A DNA stretch of 64,000 nt, taken from IMG/VR virus record IMGVR_UViG_3300005673_000046; one strand, written 5' to 3'. The DNA is from an uncultured virus (IMG/VR IMGVR_UViG_3300005673_000046). Lineage: Duplodnaviria; Heunggongvirae; Uroviricota; Caudoviricetes. The notes below the pieces were generated by a model. It searched no databases and had not been told where the DNA came from. It saw only the letters and a program-made list of their open reading frames with translations. The number at the start of each line of letters is the position of its first letter. Within the stretch, counting starts at the first letter, position 1. The position numbers and the translations under genes were made by a program. This document shows, one piece after another, positions 34,569-43,457 of this stretch.

Positions 34569-34841
34569 CTACGCGAGCAGGCTCCTGATGGAGTCCAGGC
34601 TCAGGTCCAGGTAGCGGTGGACGACCTCGTAGACGGCCAGCGACGGCAGCGCGCCGGCGCACGTGGCCGCGCAGTCCCAGCCGTCGCGCGTGTGCGCATG
34701 CGGGCGCTTGCGGTCGTACTCCTCCTTCAGCCACCCAGCCGCGCAGGCCGCTGCCAGGCCCAAGGTCGGGCTGATGAGGGCCGGCAGCACCGACACCGCG
34801 AAACCGGCAGCGAAGTGCATGAGCTTGTCCTTGTGGCGCAT
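34569..34841 (-). CDS. small membrane protein (VanZ/YfiM-like motif)
   Basis: DKLMHFAAG..KEEYD..DGWDCAAT. Confidence 0.7.
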   Translation of the reverse strand: MRHKDKLMHFAAGFAVSVLPALISPTLGLAAACAAGWLKEEYDRKRPHAHTRDGWDCAATCAGALPSLAVYEVVHRYLDLSLDSIRSLLA

Positions 34842-35038
34842 GGCGCTTCCTTCCGTGATCGAGGCCGTGGCGCGCCTCTTGCGTTCATGTCAGCGACCGC
34901 TTACAGTCGCGCCGCATTGACCGAAACCCGTCCGGCTGGGAAGCAAGAGCCCGAGCCGGCAGAAAGGCGCCAGGTGAGCCTGGTGTCCTGGGTCACCGGT
35001 GGCGTCTTGAGGGGAGAACGTGGCGCCCGGTCATGAAG

Positions 35039-35073
35039 AAAGCCCCGGAGGGTCTGCAGCCTTCCGGGGCTTT
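35039..35073. terminator. potentially bidirectional terminator
   Basis: AAAGCCCCGGAGG/CTTCCGGGGCTTT stem with T-rich tails on both strands. Confidence 0.65.
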
Positions 35074-35384
35074 GTTCTTGGTGGCGGGGCCAGGGGGTGC
35101 GTGTCACGCCGGGCGCAACAGGTGTCAACCATGTCGCAACCGTGGCGCCCCCAGAAAGCTCAATCGTGGCAACGAGTTGGCGCGCATGGCGCAACCTGTC
35201 CGCAACCAGGTGCGACAGGAACACGCCGGGAGTCCGGTATATGCGGCCGCGGCTTGCGGCAGAGGGCGACGAGGCCTGGCGGGCACCCTAGTTAGGGTGG
35301 GCGACAGATTCCGCGGGTGGCCCGGCTGGAACCGACGAAACCGACGAAACCATGCGGGCGGCTCGCCCGATTCCCTGACGGTGC

Positions 35385-37460
35385 CTATTCGGTGGTGGCC
35401 GCGTCGGCCTCGGCCAGGGCCTCGTTGATGCGGCTCTCCTCGTCGGTCTGCTTGGCCTTGGCGAGGGTCAGCTCGGTCTGGGCGCCCTTGAGTTCGACGT
35501 TGGCCAGGCGTTCGGCGACGCGAGCCTGCTTCTCCTCCAGCTCGGCCTGCTGGGCGGCGCTGGCGAGGGCCTTGTTGCGTTCGGCCTCCTGGGCGGCCAA
35601 CTGCTCGGCCTGGGCGCGGGCCTGGCGGGTTCCGCCTGGGGGCAGGCCCATGACCTTGCGGAAGTCCTCGGCGGCGAGCTTGCGGGTTTCGGAGTCGAGG
35701 CTGGATGCCTCCAGGAAGGCCGGCACGAGCACCGCGGCGCCTTGGGGGAAGTTCCCCAGGCCCTTGATGATTTCGGCGATCATGGTCTGCTGCTGGGCGC
35801 GAGCGGCGGGCGAGGCGGGCACGTCGGACAGGCCCACGCGCACGGGGGCGTCCTTGACCATGTTCTTCGGCAGCTTGTTCTCGTCGAAGGTGTTGAGCAC
35901 GACGACGCGGCGGGTGGAGCCCTCGCCGACCTTGACGCGCAGGTCGGCCTCGCTGTGGTCTTCGACGATGAGGTCGAGCAGCCCCTCGTAGGTGGCGCGG
36001 CGCGAGATGGTGAAGTTGTCGTTGAGGTCGCCCATGGCGACGATGCCCTGCTCCACCAGGCCGCTGATGGCCACGCCGGAGGTGACGCCTTGCGGGGCGT
36101 TGCCGAGCTGCACGGGGTAGACGCCGCTGACGTCCTGGATCAGCTGCTTGGCGTCCTGCATGACCTCGTACTGCTCCTTCTGCAGCGTGAGGCTGGACTG
36201 CACGACGACGCCGTTGGCGTTCTTGCGCTGGGCGTTGAGGATCAGCAGCATGTCGGGCCGCTGGACGTTGTTGACCAGGTCGACCCAGTTGTTCTTCTCC
36301 AGGTCGAGGGCGTCGTTGTCGGCCGTCACCTGGCGGGCCTTCAGCAGCCACTGGATGCGCAGGCGGCGCTCGTTGTACTCGTCCTGGGGGTCGATCATCC
36401 CGTCGACGAGGCCGTAGGGGGCGCGGTCCTCGTCGTCGCGGAATGCGAAGAACGGGATGTAGGGGAACGAGCGCCGGGTGGTGCCGACGTCCATGAGCCG
36501 GTACGGGCCTGCGAAGATGGCCTTGCGGACCTGGGTGGTGAGCACCTTCTCCAGCTTGACCAGGCCGCGCTGCAGGGCGGTGACGTGCAGCGGGTTCTTC
36601 TCGTCGAAGATGATGGTGCGGGTGGGCGAGATGCGCATGACCACGGCGCGGGCCGGCACGCGATACCAGACCTCGTACATGCGCACGCGCTTGCGCAGCG
36701 TGTCGAGCCATTCCGCGGAGCTGACCTTGAAGCGGCGGAAGTCGTCGAAGGCGCGCAGCATGTCGCTGGCGTGGTTCGCGTGCTCCTCGATGAGCTGGTT
36801 GGCCGCCCAGCCTTCCCAGGAGTTCGCCAGCATGCGCAGGATGTGCCTGTGCTCGGGCATGGCGGCTTCGAGCTCGTCGAGGTCTTTCCACTCCATGCGG
36901 GCGACCCAGCGGGCGTCGCGCAGCAGCTGGTCGCGGGCGTGCCAGTCCCAGTACATCGAGTTCCGATGCACTTCGCGCACGCGGTACGGGTAGGCCAGCG
37001 GATCTTGGTCGCGCGAGACTTCGATCCAGCCGATGCCGCCCTTGACCTGGCCGGCGTAGGCCTGGCCGATGGCGATTTCGGTGTAGGCCTCGCGCTGCGC
37101 CTCCTTGAAGGCGGTGTTGAGGAAGTCGACGACGTCGGAAAGCTCGTCGTCGTCGGCCTCGATGCGCACGTCCGAGCGTGTGCGGGCCTCGAAGCCCAGG
37201 ACCGCGTTCACGGTGCGCTGGATGAGGTTGGTGGCGCGCGGCTTGAGCCCTTCGGCGATGGCCCAGGCCTGCTGCTGCTCGTCGAGCTGCTTGCCGTCGT
37301 AGTAGGCGTGGCACAGGTCGGAGCGGCGGCGCCAGCGATCGGGCTGGTCGTTGCAGTCGCGCACCAGGCGCTCGAGCGAGCGCAGGTCGAAACCGTCCTT
37401 GGCCTGGTCGCGCCAGTCGCGCCCGCCCGCGTCATGGGGCTTGATGGGCTCGATGTTCAT
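35385..37460 (-). CDS. portal protein (P22-like)
   Basis: YYDGKQ, NLIQRTVNAVLGFE, PQDEYNER, SGVAI; C-terminal helical barrel; follows TerL. Confidence 0.9.
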   Translation of the reverse strand: MNIEPIKPHDAGGRDWRDQAKDGFDLRSLERLVRDCNDQPDRWRRRSDLCHAYYDGKQLDEQQQAWAIAEGLKPRATNLIQRTVNAVLGFEARTRSDVRIEADDDELSDVVDFLNTAFKEAQREAYTEIAIGQAYAGQVKGGIGWIEVSRDQDPLAYPYRVREVHRNSMYWDWHARDQLLRDARWVARMEWKDLDELEAAMPEHRHILRMLANSWEGWAANQLIEEHANHASDMLRAFDDFRRFKVSSAEWLDTLRKRVRMYEVWYRVPARAVVMRISPTRTIIFDEKNPLHVTALQRGLVKLEKVLTTQVRKAIFAGPYRLMDVGTTRRSFPYIPFFAFRDDEDRAPYGLVDGMIDPQDEYNERRLRIQWLLKARQVTADNDALDLEKNNWVDLVNNVQRPDMLLILNAQRKNANGVVVQSSLTLQKEQYEVMQDAKQLIQDVSGVYPVQLGNAPQGVTSGVAISGLVEQGIVAMGDLNDNFTISRRATYEGLLDLIVEDHSEADLRVKVGEGSTRRVVVLNTFDENKLPKNMVKDAPVRVGLSDVPASPAARAQQQTMIAEIIKGLGNFPQGAAVLVPAFLEASSLDSETRKLAAEDFRKVMGLPPGGTRQARAQAEQLAAQEAERNKALASAAQQAELEEKQARVAERLANVELKGAQTELTLAKAKQTDEESRINEALAEADAATTE

Positions 37461-39019
37461 GCGTAGCCCCTCATGCGGCGGAACGCGCGCACGTCGGCCA
37501 CGATGCCCGCCTCCGGCAGGCCGTCAACGAAGGTCATCGCCACGGCGTCCCCCTTGTCTGGCGAGCGGCCAAGCAGCTCGCGGATGTCGTCCTTGGGCAG
37601 CATCTGGATCGCCGCGGTCTTGCCCAGCGTCACGATCTTGAAGCGCATCGCCGCCAGGTCGGAGAACAGCTCCTGGTCCGGCGGCAGCGCGATCGGCTCG
37701 GTTGCCGTCGGGTCCAGCGCCTCGCGCAGGCGCCAGTACATGAGCGCGCGCACGTTGCGGAAGCGGAAGTTGCCGGTCTTGTCGAGGGACGTGGTCCCCT
37801 CGGAGGCGTTGACCGAGAACATCTTGAGCCCCAGGCCCTTGCAGAAGTCCAGCGCCGAGGAGCCGATGCCGATGGAGTCCACCGCCACCGGCGCCCCGTT
37901 GCGCACGTGCTGCACCGTCAGCGCCGCTGTCGAGGGCCCGTCCGACGTCACCGCCCCGGGCACACAGATCAGCTCGTCGAACCACTCGCGGTGCCGCCTG
38001 GCGATCGCCGTGCGGTCCAGGCCACCGCGCGCCGGGTCCAGACCCACCGCGCTCATCGGCCCCTTGATGTCCCGCGGCTTCCACCGCGCCTGCGCCGCCC
38101 GTATCCACGCCGTCGGCAGCACCTGCCACACGTCGTCGCGGCGCCCCGCCATGAAGTTCCCGTCCCGCATCTGCGAGCGGAACGGCTCCGGCAGCGAGTC
38201 CAGCGTCGCCTCGTACCCCGTCACCCGCAGGAACAGGTTGTCCTTCACCGACGACGGAATGAACGTCCGCGAGTGCGGCTGCACCCACTTTCGCCCCACC
38301 AGCACCGGCTTCGAGTTCGGCACCTCTCGGTCCTTGCCCTCCTCGTCGGACACGAACCAGCGCAGTTCGCCAGGCTTCGCCGGGTTCGGATGCTCCGGGT
38401 CCAGCCACGGCGCGAAGAACCGGATGACCCACTCCCCTTCCGAGTCCGTCGGCGGGTTCCCCGCCATCACCACCCTCTGCCGGACCTTCAGGCTCCCCGT
38501 GCGCTTCCAGCCCATCAGCTGGCGCACCTGCATCTCCGTGAAGTGCGTCACCTCGTCGAACGCAATCAGGTCGTGCGGCCGCCCTTGGTACTTCTTCCAG
38601 TCCCCAGGCTCCTTCACCGACCCCAGCTCAAGCGTCCGACCCTCCGAAAGCCCCGCCACCGGCGGCAGCCTCCAGATTCGGTCCTGCCCGTCGTACCCCG
38701 CTCGCGTGCCCAGAATCTCCGCAACACGCTCCTCGATCCCGACAAGCTGCACCGCCTCGCGTCGGAAGATGATCGACTTCTCGTGCTCCGTCAGCGCCAG
38801 ACCTATCTCCAGGTCCGTCTTCCCCCCGCCCGCCGACCCCCCGTAGAACACCACGTCGGCCCGCGTCTCCGCAGCCCACGTCTGCGGCCCCCTCTGCGGC
38901 GACCACAGCACTTCCCCCACACCCAGAGCCTGGTCCAGCGCCGCCCTGTCCTCCTCCGACAGCCACGGCATCAGCTCCATCAGCTCATGCGGGTCCGCTA
39001 CTTCCGGCGTTCCGCTCAT
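37457..39019 (-). CDS. terL: terminase large subunit
   Basis: YGGSAGGGKT Walker A, AFDEVT Walker B, GNPP, GLDPARGGLD, SPDKGDA. Confidence 0.95.
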   Translation of the reverse strand: MSGTPEVADPHELMELMPWLSEEDRAALDQALGVGEVLWSPQRGPQTWAAETRADVVFYGGSAGGGKTDLEIGLALTEHEKSIIFRREAVQLVGIEERVAEILGTRAGYDGQDRIWRLPPVAGLSEGRTLELGSVKEPGDWKKYQGRPHDLIAFDEVTHFTEMQVRQLMGWKRTGSLKVRQRVVMAGNPPTDSEGEWVIRFFAPWLDPEHPNPAKPGELRWFVSDEEGKDREVPNSKPVLVGRKWVQPHSRTFIPSSVKDNLFLRVTGYEATLDSLPEPFRSQMRDGNFMAGRRDDVWQVLPTAWIRAAQARWKPRDIKGPMSAVGLDPARGGLDRTAIARRHREWFDELICVPGAVTSDGPSTAALTVQHVRNGAPVAVDSIGIGSSALDFCKGLGLKMFSVNASEGTTSLDKTGNFRFRNVRALMYWRLREALDPTATEPIALPPDQELFSDLAAMRFKIVTLGKTAAIQMLPKDDIRELLGRSPDKGDAVAMTFVDGLPEAGIVADVRAFRRMRGYA

Positions 39020-39071
39020 CGAACGATCCACGTGAAACAGTACGGCATAGGGGTTTCTCCGAGGTCCATGC

Positions 39072-39488
39072 TCAGGGGGCTGGTGGACGCTGGGGCCCCA
39101 TACCAATCACCCCCCCGGGCTCGCGCGCTTCGGCCTCCCCCCCCGGGGGGTCGCGGGACTCCGGGGCCTGGGGGCCGGCGGCGGGCTGGCGGGCGGGCCT
39201 GGGCGGGCGCGGCGGGTGGCTGGTGCTGGCGGCCCAGTGCTGCCAGGCCGGGCAGGCTGCGCCGTCGGTGCGGTCGCGGCGCACGATGCCGAACGAGCGC
39301 ACCAGGCCGGCGCTGACGGGGTCGAGGCAGGTCAGGCGCAGGCCGAGGTGGTCGCACGAGCCGCAGCAGCGGGCCGAGCCGCTGGCCAGGCGCCAGGCTG
39401 CGCGCCGCTCGATGCTGGGCGCGCTGGCCGGCGGCCTGGGCGGTGGCACTGGTGCGCCCGTGAAGGTCGGGCGGCGCTGGCCGGTCAT
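39072..39488 (-). CDS. hypothetical Cys-containing protein between terS and terL
   Basis: GAGG before ATG 39488; CCGSCDHL..C..CPAW. Confidence 0.45.
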   Translation of the reverse strand: MTGQRRPTFTGAPVPPPRPPASAPSIERRAAWRLASGSARCCGSCDHLGLRLTCLDPVSAGLVRSFGIVRRDRTDGAACPAWQHWAASTSHPPRPPRPARQPAAGPQAPESRDPPGGEAEAREPGGVIGMGPQRPPAP

Positions 39489-39498
39489 CGCGCTGGCC

Positions 39499-40281
39499 TC
39501 AGTGCAGCGGGCCGAGCTGGCCAGGCGCGCCAGGCTGGCCAGGCGCCGGCGGGTCTGGCAGCGCGCCAGGCGGCGCGGCGGGGTCGCGTGGGGCCCTGGC
39601 CTGGGCCTTGCGGGCCCGGTCGAGGATCGCGGCCACGCGCGCGGCGCGCTCCACGTCCGACAGGCTCTTGCGCTTCGCGTCGTCGCTGGCCGAGTCCTTG
39701 ATGCCGAAAGCGGTGCGCTCCATGTGCTGGAGCTTTGCCAGGGCATCGGCCAGCTTGTGCGCGCTGGTGGCCCGTGAGTGCAGCCGCAGCAGGTTGCGCA
39801 GCTGCTCCATGATCGTGCCGCGCTCCAGCGGGTCCATGCCTTCCGTGGCCTTGCGCACTGCCTCGGCGATTGCCTCGGGCTGCAGGCTCACCGACTCCAG
39901 CTCGGCCACCAGGCCGGCAGTCACCGCGCGCGCCCGCTCGATGTCGGTCCTGTGCTTGAGGATCACGTCCCGCGCCAGCACCGCAGTCGCCAGCACCGTC
40001 GAGGCCTCGCCACCGCGCCGCACCACGGCATCCTCGGCCAGCAGCGCGTCCGTCGCGCGCGCCACCTGATCCGACGACACCCGGCGCCACGACCCCGGAT
40101 CACGGATGCGGTCCTGGCCGCGCCGGTTGCAGATGGTCGCGTCCGATATGCCGAACAGGGCCCCAAGCTCCTTATCCGTCATCCGCGAGCTGCAGTAAGC
40201 CGACTCCACCGCCAGCCAATCCACCTTTTTCCGCGGCGGCCGGTCCGTAAGTGCTTGATTTGTATTCGGTTTTCTGGGCAT
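39499..40281 (-). CDS. terS: terminase small subunit
   Basis: VDWLAVESAY..DKELGALFGISDATICNR HTH; ERTAFGI; upstream of terL. Confidence 0.75.
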   Translation of the reverse strand: MPRKPNTNQALTDRPPRKKVDWLAVESAYCSSRMTDKELGALFGISDATICNRRGQDRIRDPGSWRRVSSDQVARATDALLAEDAVVRRGGEASTVLATAVLARDVILKHRTDIERARAVTAGLVAELESVSLQPEAIAEAVRKATEGMDPLERGTIMEQLRNLLRLHSRATSAHKLADALAKLQHMERTAFGIKDSASDDAKRKSLSDVERAARVAAILDRARKAQARAPRDPAAPPGALPDPPAPGQPGAPGQLGPLH

Positions 40282-40293
40282 CGCACAAAGTCC

Positions 40294-40349
40294 TTGCAAG
40301 GTGTCCGATATATGCCTACAGTCGGGGCTAACCGTTCGTTATTCGGAAC
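40294..40349 (+). promoter_or_regulatory. sigma70 promoter plus repressor operator for the accessory operon
   Basis: TTGCAA-17-TACAGT; GTTCGTTATTCGGAAC (40334-40349) matches the cI/cro operators. Confidence 0.6.
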
Positions 40350-40396
40350 GGTTGCAGCCAGGCGGCGGGCCTGGCACCTACCCGAGGACTTGAGGC

Positions 40397-40609
40397 ATGG
40401 CACACACGACGATCGAGGGACGCGAGGCGCGCGACCCTGAGCTGACGAGGGCACTGAACCGGCTGGGCCGGGCTGAGATAGAGGCGGCCCTGAACTGGGG
40501 CGGTTTCGCCACCTACGACCACGAGACGACCGAGGAGCTGCGCGAGGCGCTGGGGCGTGCGGTCGAGGATGGGGACGTCGAGCTGCAGACCGTCGAGGTG
40601 GCGCTGTGA
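40397..40609 (+). CDS. hypothetical protein
   Basis: GAGG RBS; first gene of the coupled operon. Confidence 0.7.
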   Translation: MAHTTIEGREARDPELTRALNRLGRAEIEAALNWGGFATYDHETTEELREALGRAVEDGDVELQTVEVAL

Positions 40610-41013
40610 ACGCGGCCGCGGTCGATCCTGGGGCGGTGGGCGAGGCGCTGCGGCTGGAGCTGGTCCGGCACCTGCCGAGGTCGGCGGTCTATGCGGCGGT
40701 GCTGACCTGTGCGGTCATGAAGGGCGCGACTGCGAGCCAGGCGGCGCGGGCGCTGCTGGTGGCGGCGCGGGTGGCGCAGCCGGAGCCGGCCGTGCAGCCG
40801 CTGCGGCCGCTGCCGGGCTGGCGGCTGCAGTGGGAGCGCGGCGTCGTGGCCAGCCTGGCGGCGCTGCTGGGGTGCAGCGAGGGCGAGGCGGGCGACGTGC
40901 TGGAGGTCTGGACTCCGGCGCTGGCCTACATGGCGCTGGGGCCTGGGGACTGTGTCCCGCCGGAGGCTGCCGCGGCGGCGATCGAGGCGGCGGCCGCGCA
41001 GGTGCGGCCATGA
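40606..41013 (+). CDS. hypothetical protein
   Basis: GTGA overlap with the previous gene. Confidence 0.65.
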   Translation: MNAAAVDPGAVGEALRLELVRHLPRSAVYAAVLTCAVMKGATASQAARALLVAARVAQPEPAVQPLRPLPGWRLQWERGVVASLAALLGCSEGEAGDVLEVWTPALAYMALGPGDCVPPEAAAAAIEAAAAQVRP

Positions 41014-41300
41014 GTGCGGCTGTCGTGAGTGCGGCGGCCAGGCTGGGCCCCGAGCATGCCGACGCGGCCGTGCTGCGGTCCCTGCGCGACCAGTGGCTGG
41101 GCCGGGCGCGAGCGCAGGGCTGGAAGCCCGGCAGTGCGCGTTACTCCACCCATCAGCTGGAGTTCTGGGTCGGCGCCTGCGCGGCGCTGGACGCGACCGG
41201 GCAGCCGTCCATCCCCTCGATGCTGCTCACGCTGCTGTCGGTCGGCCGGGACTGCGCGAGCCTGATCCGCGACCCGGCGCCCGAGGGAGTGCAGCCATGA
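41010..41300 (+). CDS. hypothetical protein
   Basis: ATGA overlap; starts MSAAVVSAAARLGPEH. Confidence 0.65.
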   Translation: MSAAVVSAAARLGPEHADAAVLRSLRDQWLGRARAQGWKPGSARYSTHQLEFWVGACAALDATGQPSIPSMLLTLLSVGRDCASLIRDPAPEGVQP

Positions 41301-41512
41301 GGGCCCGGCCGGACCTGACGCGCGAGCGCGACGTGCGGGCCGCGTTCTGGCGGGAGAACCCGAAGGCCGACCGGCGGCGCATCCCGAACCACAGCGGCAA
41401 CGGGACGATGCACTGCGCCGACACGCGGGCGGCCTTCGTGGACTGGCTCGATGCGGCCAGCCGCGAGGGGCGCATCACGCAAGAGCTGGCGCAGCGCGTG
41501 ACCTTGGGCTGA
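41297..41512 (+). CDS. hypothetical protein
   Basis: ATGA overlap; DTRAAFVDWLD..EGRITQELAQRVTL. Confidence 0.7.
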   Translation: MRARPDLTRERDVRAAFWRENPKADRRRIPNHSGNGTMHCADTRAAFVDWLDAASREGRITQELAQRVTLG

Positions 41513-41711
41513 CCCCAGCCCCTTGCCCCGCGTGCGGGGCTTGGGGGTGGGGCTTGGGGGTGGGGCCTCGCAAGGGCCTCGACCCGCCGGTTAAGTCTCG
41601 AACCCGGGCATGCCGCGCCCCGGGGGAGTCTTCGGTAAGGCGTGAAACGGTGGAAGACGGGGGCGGGCGACGGTCCGCCCCCATAGCGGCAACCCGATGA
41701 GGACACACCCG

Positions 41712-42212
41712 ATGAGCTACACGTCCCAGAGCATCAGCGGCGCGCACGACCACGCGCGCCGCATCGTCACGGGGGGCGACCGTTCCCTGCAGTGCATGCC
41801 GATCCGCGACTGGATCGAGTTCGGCCCTTGGGGGGCAGGCGGCGGGCCGCTGGACGCGCCCGAGCTGCTGCCGCGGGGCAGCGTGGACTGCATCACCTGG
41901 CATTCCGGCGACGGGCGGCCCGTGGTCGCACCGGGCGAGCTGCGCCGGCCGATGGCCGCGGCCCTCGCGGTCCGGGCCGCGCAGGCCTTGGGCTACGACG
42001 GGGTGCGCACCGCCGGCGGCGTGGTGGCCTGGGAGGACTGGCCGCTTGCCGACGACGACCGATTGACCCTGGACGAGGGGCGCCCCGCCCTCATGGGCCC
42101 GTGGCGCCTGCCGCACACCTGGGAATGCGAGGCCTACGCAGCGAAACACGGCAGCGCCGCGGGCCTCATGTCGCGCGACGCCTGGCCGCTGGTGCGCGCC
42201 GAGGACGACTGA
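41712..42212 (+). CDS. hypothetical protein
   Basis: GAGGACACACCCG-ATG leader. Confidence 0.65.
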   Translation: MSYTSQSISGAHDHARRIVTGGDRSLQCMPIRDWIEFGPWGAGGGPLDAPELLPRGSVDCITWHSGDGRPVVAPGELRRPMAAALAVRAAQALGYDGVRTAGGVVAWEDWPLADDDRLTLDEGRPALMGPWRLPHTWECEAYAAKHGSAAGLMSRDAWPLVRAEDD

Positions 42213-42215
42213 GCC

Positions 42216-42443
42216 ATGGACGTCCGCATCGCCATCGAGCTGTCGGGCATCCGCCCGGTCGAGCTGGCCGCGCGCATCACCAGCGCCGTGCAGCGCGCCG
42301 TCGAGGTCGCGCAGCGCATGCCGCCGCCAGGCGCCCAGGCGGCCTACAGCGCGCACGACAGCGTTGGCCGGCACATCGGCACCGTCACCGTGGCCACCAG
42401 CCACCCCGCCCCCACCACGCACGCGAGGAGCTACCCGCTATGA
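42216..42443 (+). CDS. hypothetical protein
   Basis: In operon; good codon bias. Confidence 0.6.
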   Translation: MDVRIAIELSGIRPVELAARITSAVQRAVEVAQRMPPPGAQAAYSAHDSVGRHIGTVTVATSHPAPTTHARSYPL

Positions 42444-42658
42444 GCTACCGCACCACCCGACCCCGCCTGATGGAAGCCGGCCGCACCGGCGTCTGTGCCG
42501 AGAAGGGCACGCCCATCAAGCGGGGGGACCGCATCCTCTACGACCCCGCGAAGCGCGCGGCCTACTGCGCCGACAGCGCGGCCTACAAGGCCGAGGAGGA
42601 GCGCCAGCGCGCCGACGCCTGGAACCGGGCCCACAACATGGCCGACGCCAACTGGTGA
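42440..42658 (+). CDS. hypothetical protein
   Basis: GAGGAG RBS, ATGA overlap; CAEKGTPIKRGDRILYDP..YC. Confidence 0.7.
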   Translation: MSYRTTRPRLMEAGRTGVCAEKGTPIKRGDRILYDPAKRAAYCADSAAYKAEEERQRADAWNRAHNMADANW

Positions 42659-42665
42659 GCCGGCC

Positions 42666-42872
42666 ATGAGCACCGACACCATGGCCCCGACTCGCCACCT
42701 GGACGACGACGCCACCGCGGATCGCATCGGCCAGAAGCTGGCGCAGCTGCTGCACCTGCCCCGCGTGCTCACCGGCCCAGACCGCGGCCGCTACCGCACC
42801 GCATGGGGTTCCAAGACCCCCGCAGGCCTGGCTCGCACGGTGGCGCGCGTGCTGCACGAGGACGCGCCATGA
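42666..42872 (+). CDS. hypothetical protein
   Basis: GRYRTAWGSKTPAGLAR motif; in operon. Confidence 0.65.
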   Translation: MSTDTMAPTRHLDDDATADRIGQKLAQLLHLPRVLTGPDRGRYRTAWGSKTPAGLARTVARVLHEDAP

Positions 42873-43081
42873 AGCAGCACCAGCATCGCCCCGCCACCCG
42901 GGCCCCGCACGGCGCGCCCGAGTTCATCGAGCGCATCGCCCTGTACTGCACCAAGCGGCACAAGCGGGCTTTCCGGGCCCGCGGCGGCAGCGAGTGGGTC
43001 CGCCGGCTGATCGACGCCGACCTGGCGGCCAATCCGGTCGACCCCAAGCCGGTGCGCGGCCCGCGCCGGCCCGCCCGATGA
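42869..43081 (+). CDS. small ribbon-helix-helix-like DNA-binding protein
   Basis: IALYCT..AFRARGGSEWVRRLID. Confidence 0.5.
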   Translation: MKQHQHRPATRAPHGAPEFIERIALYCTKRHKRAFRARGGSEWVRRLIDADLAANPVDPKPVRGPRRPAR

Positions 43082-43299
43082 GCACGCTCGCCGAACTGCA
43101 GGCCTGGTGCCGCGAGGCCAAGGCCCGCGGCGACATCGTGGACTGGGGGCCCGCCTGCGACGGCGCGGCCATCCAGATCCGCACGGAACAGGGCTGGGCG
43201 CCGCCGGACTACGGCAGCGACACCGCCCCGGACCGCATCAACGGCACCGACCCCCGCGACGAGCACGACGCGGGCTTCCTGACCTGGAGGACCACATGA
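43078..43299 (+). CDS. hypothetical protein
   Basis: ATGA overlap. Confidence 0.55.
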   Translation: MSTLAELQAWCREAKARGDIVDWGPACDGAAIQIRTEQGWAPPDYGSDTAPDRINGTDPRDEHDAGFLTWRTT

Positions 43300-43454
43300 C
43301 CGAGCCCACCCGCCGCCTGGCCACCCGCGTCGAGCCGACGCGCCGCCTGGCCACCACGAGCACGAAGCCCTGCCCCTACCGGCCGAGCTACGCCACCGAC
43401 ATCCGCGCCACCTTCCGGCGCATCCAGCGCCAGCAGCGCGCAGCCAAGGAGTGA
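43296..43454 (+). CDS. hypothetical basic protein
   Basis: GGAGG RBS; EPTRRLAT duplicated; YRPSYATDIRATFRR. Confidence 0.6.
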   Translation: MTEPTRRLATRVEPTRRLATTSTKPCPYRPSYATDIRATFRRIQRQQRAAKE

Positions 43455-43457
43455 GCC

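Noticed and set aside
40326..40360. GGCTAAC...GTTGCAG hairpin as a fifth attC
   Set aside because: Too short, no L'/L'' pair with extrahelical bases; better explained as a repressor operator.
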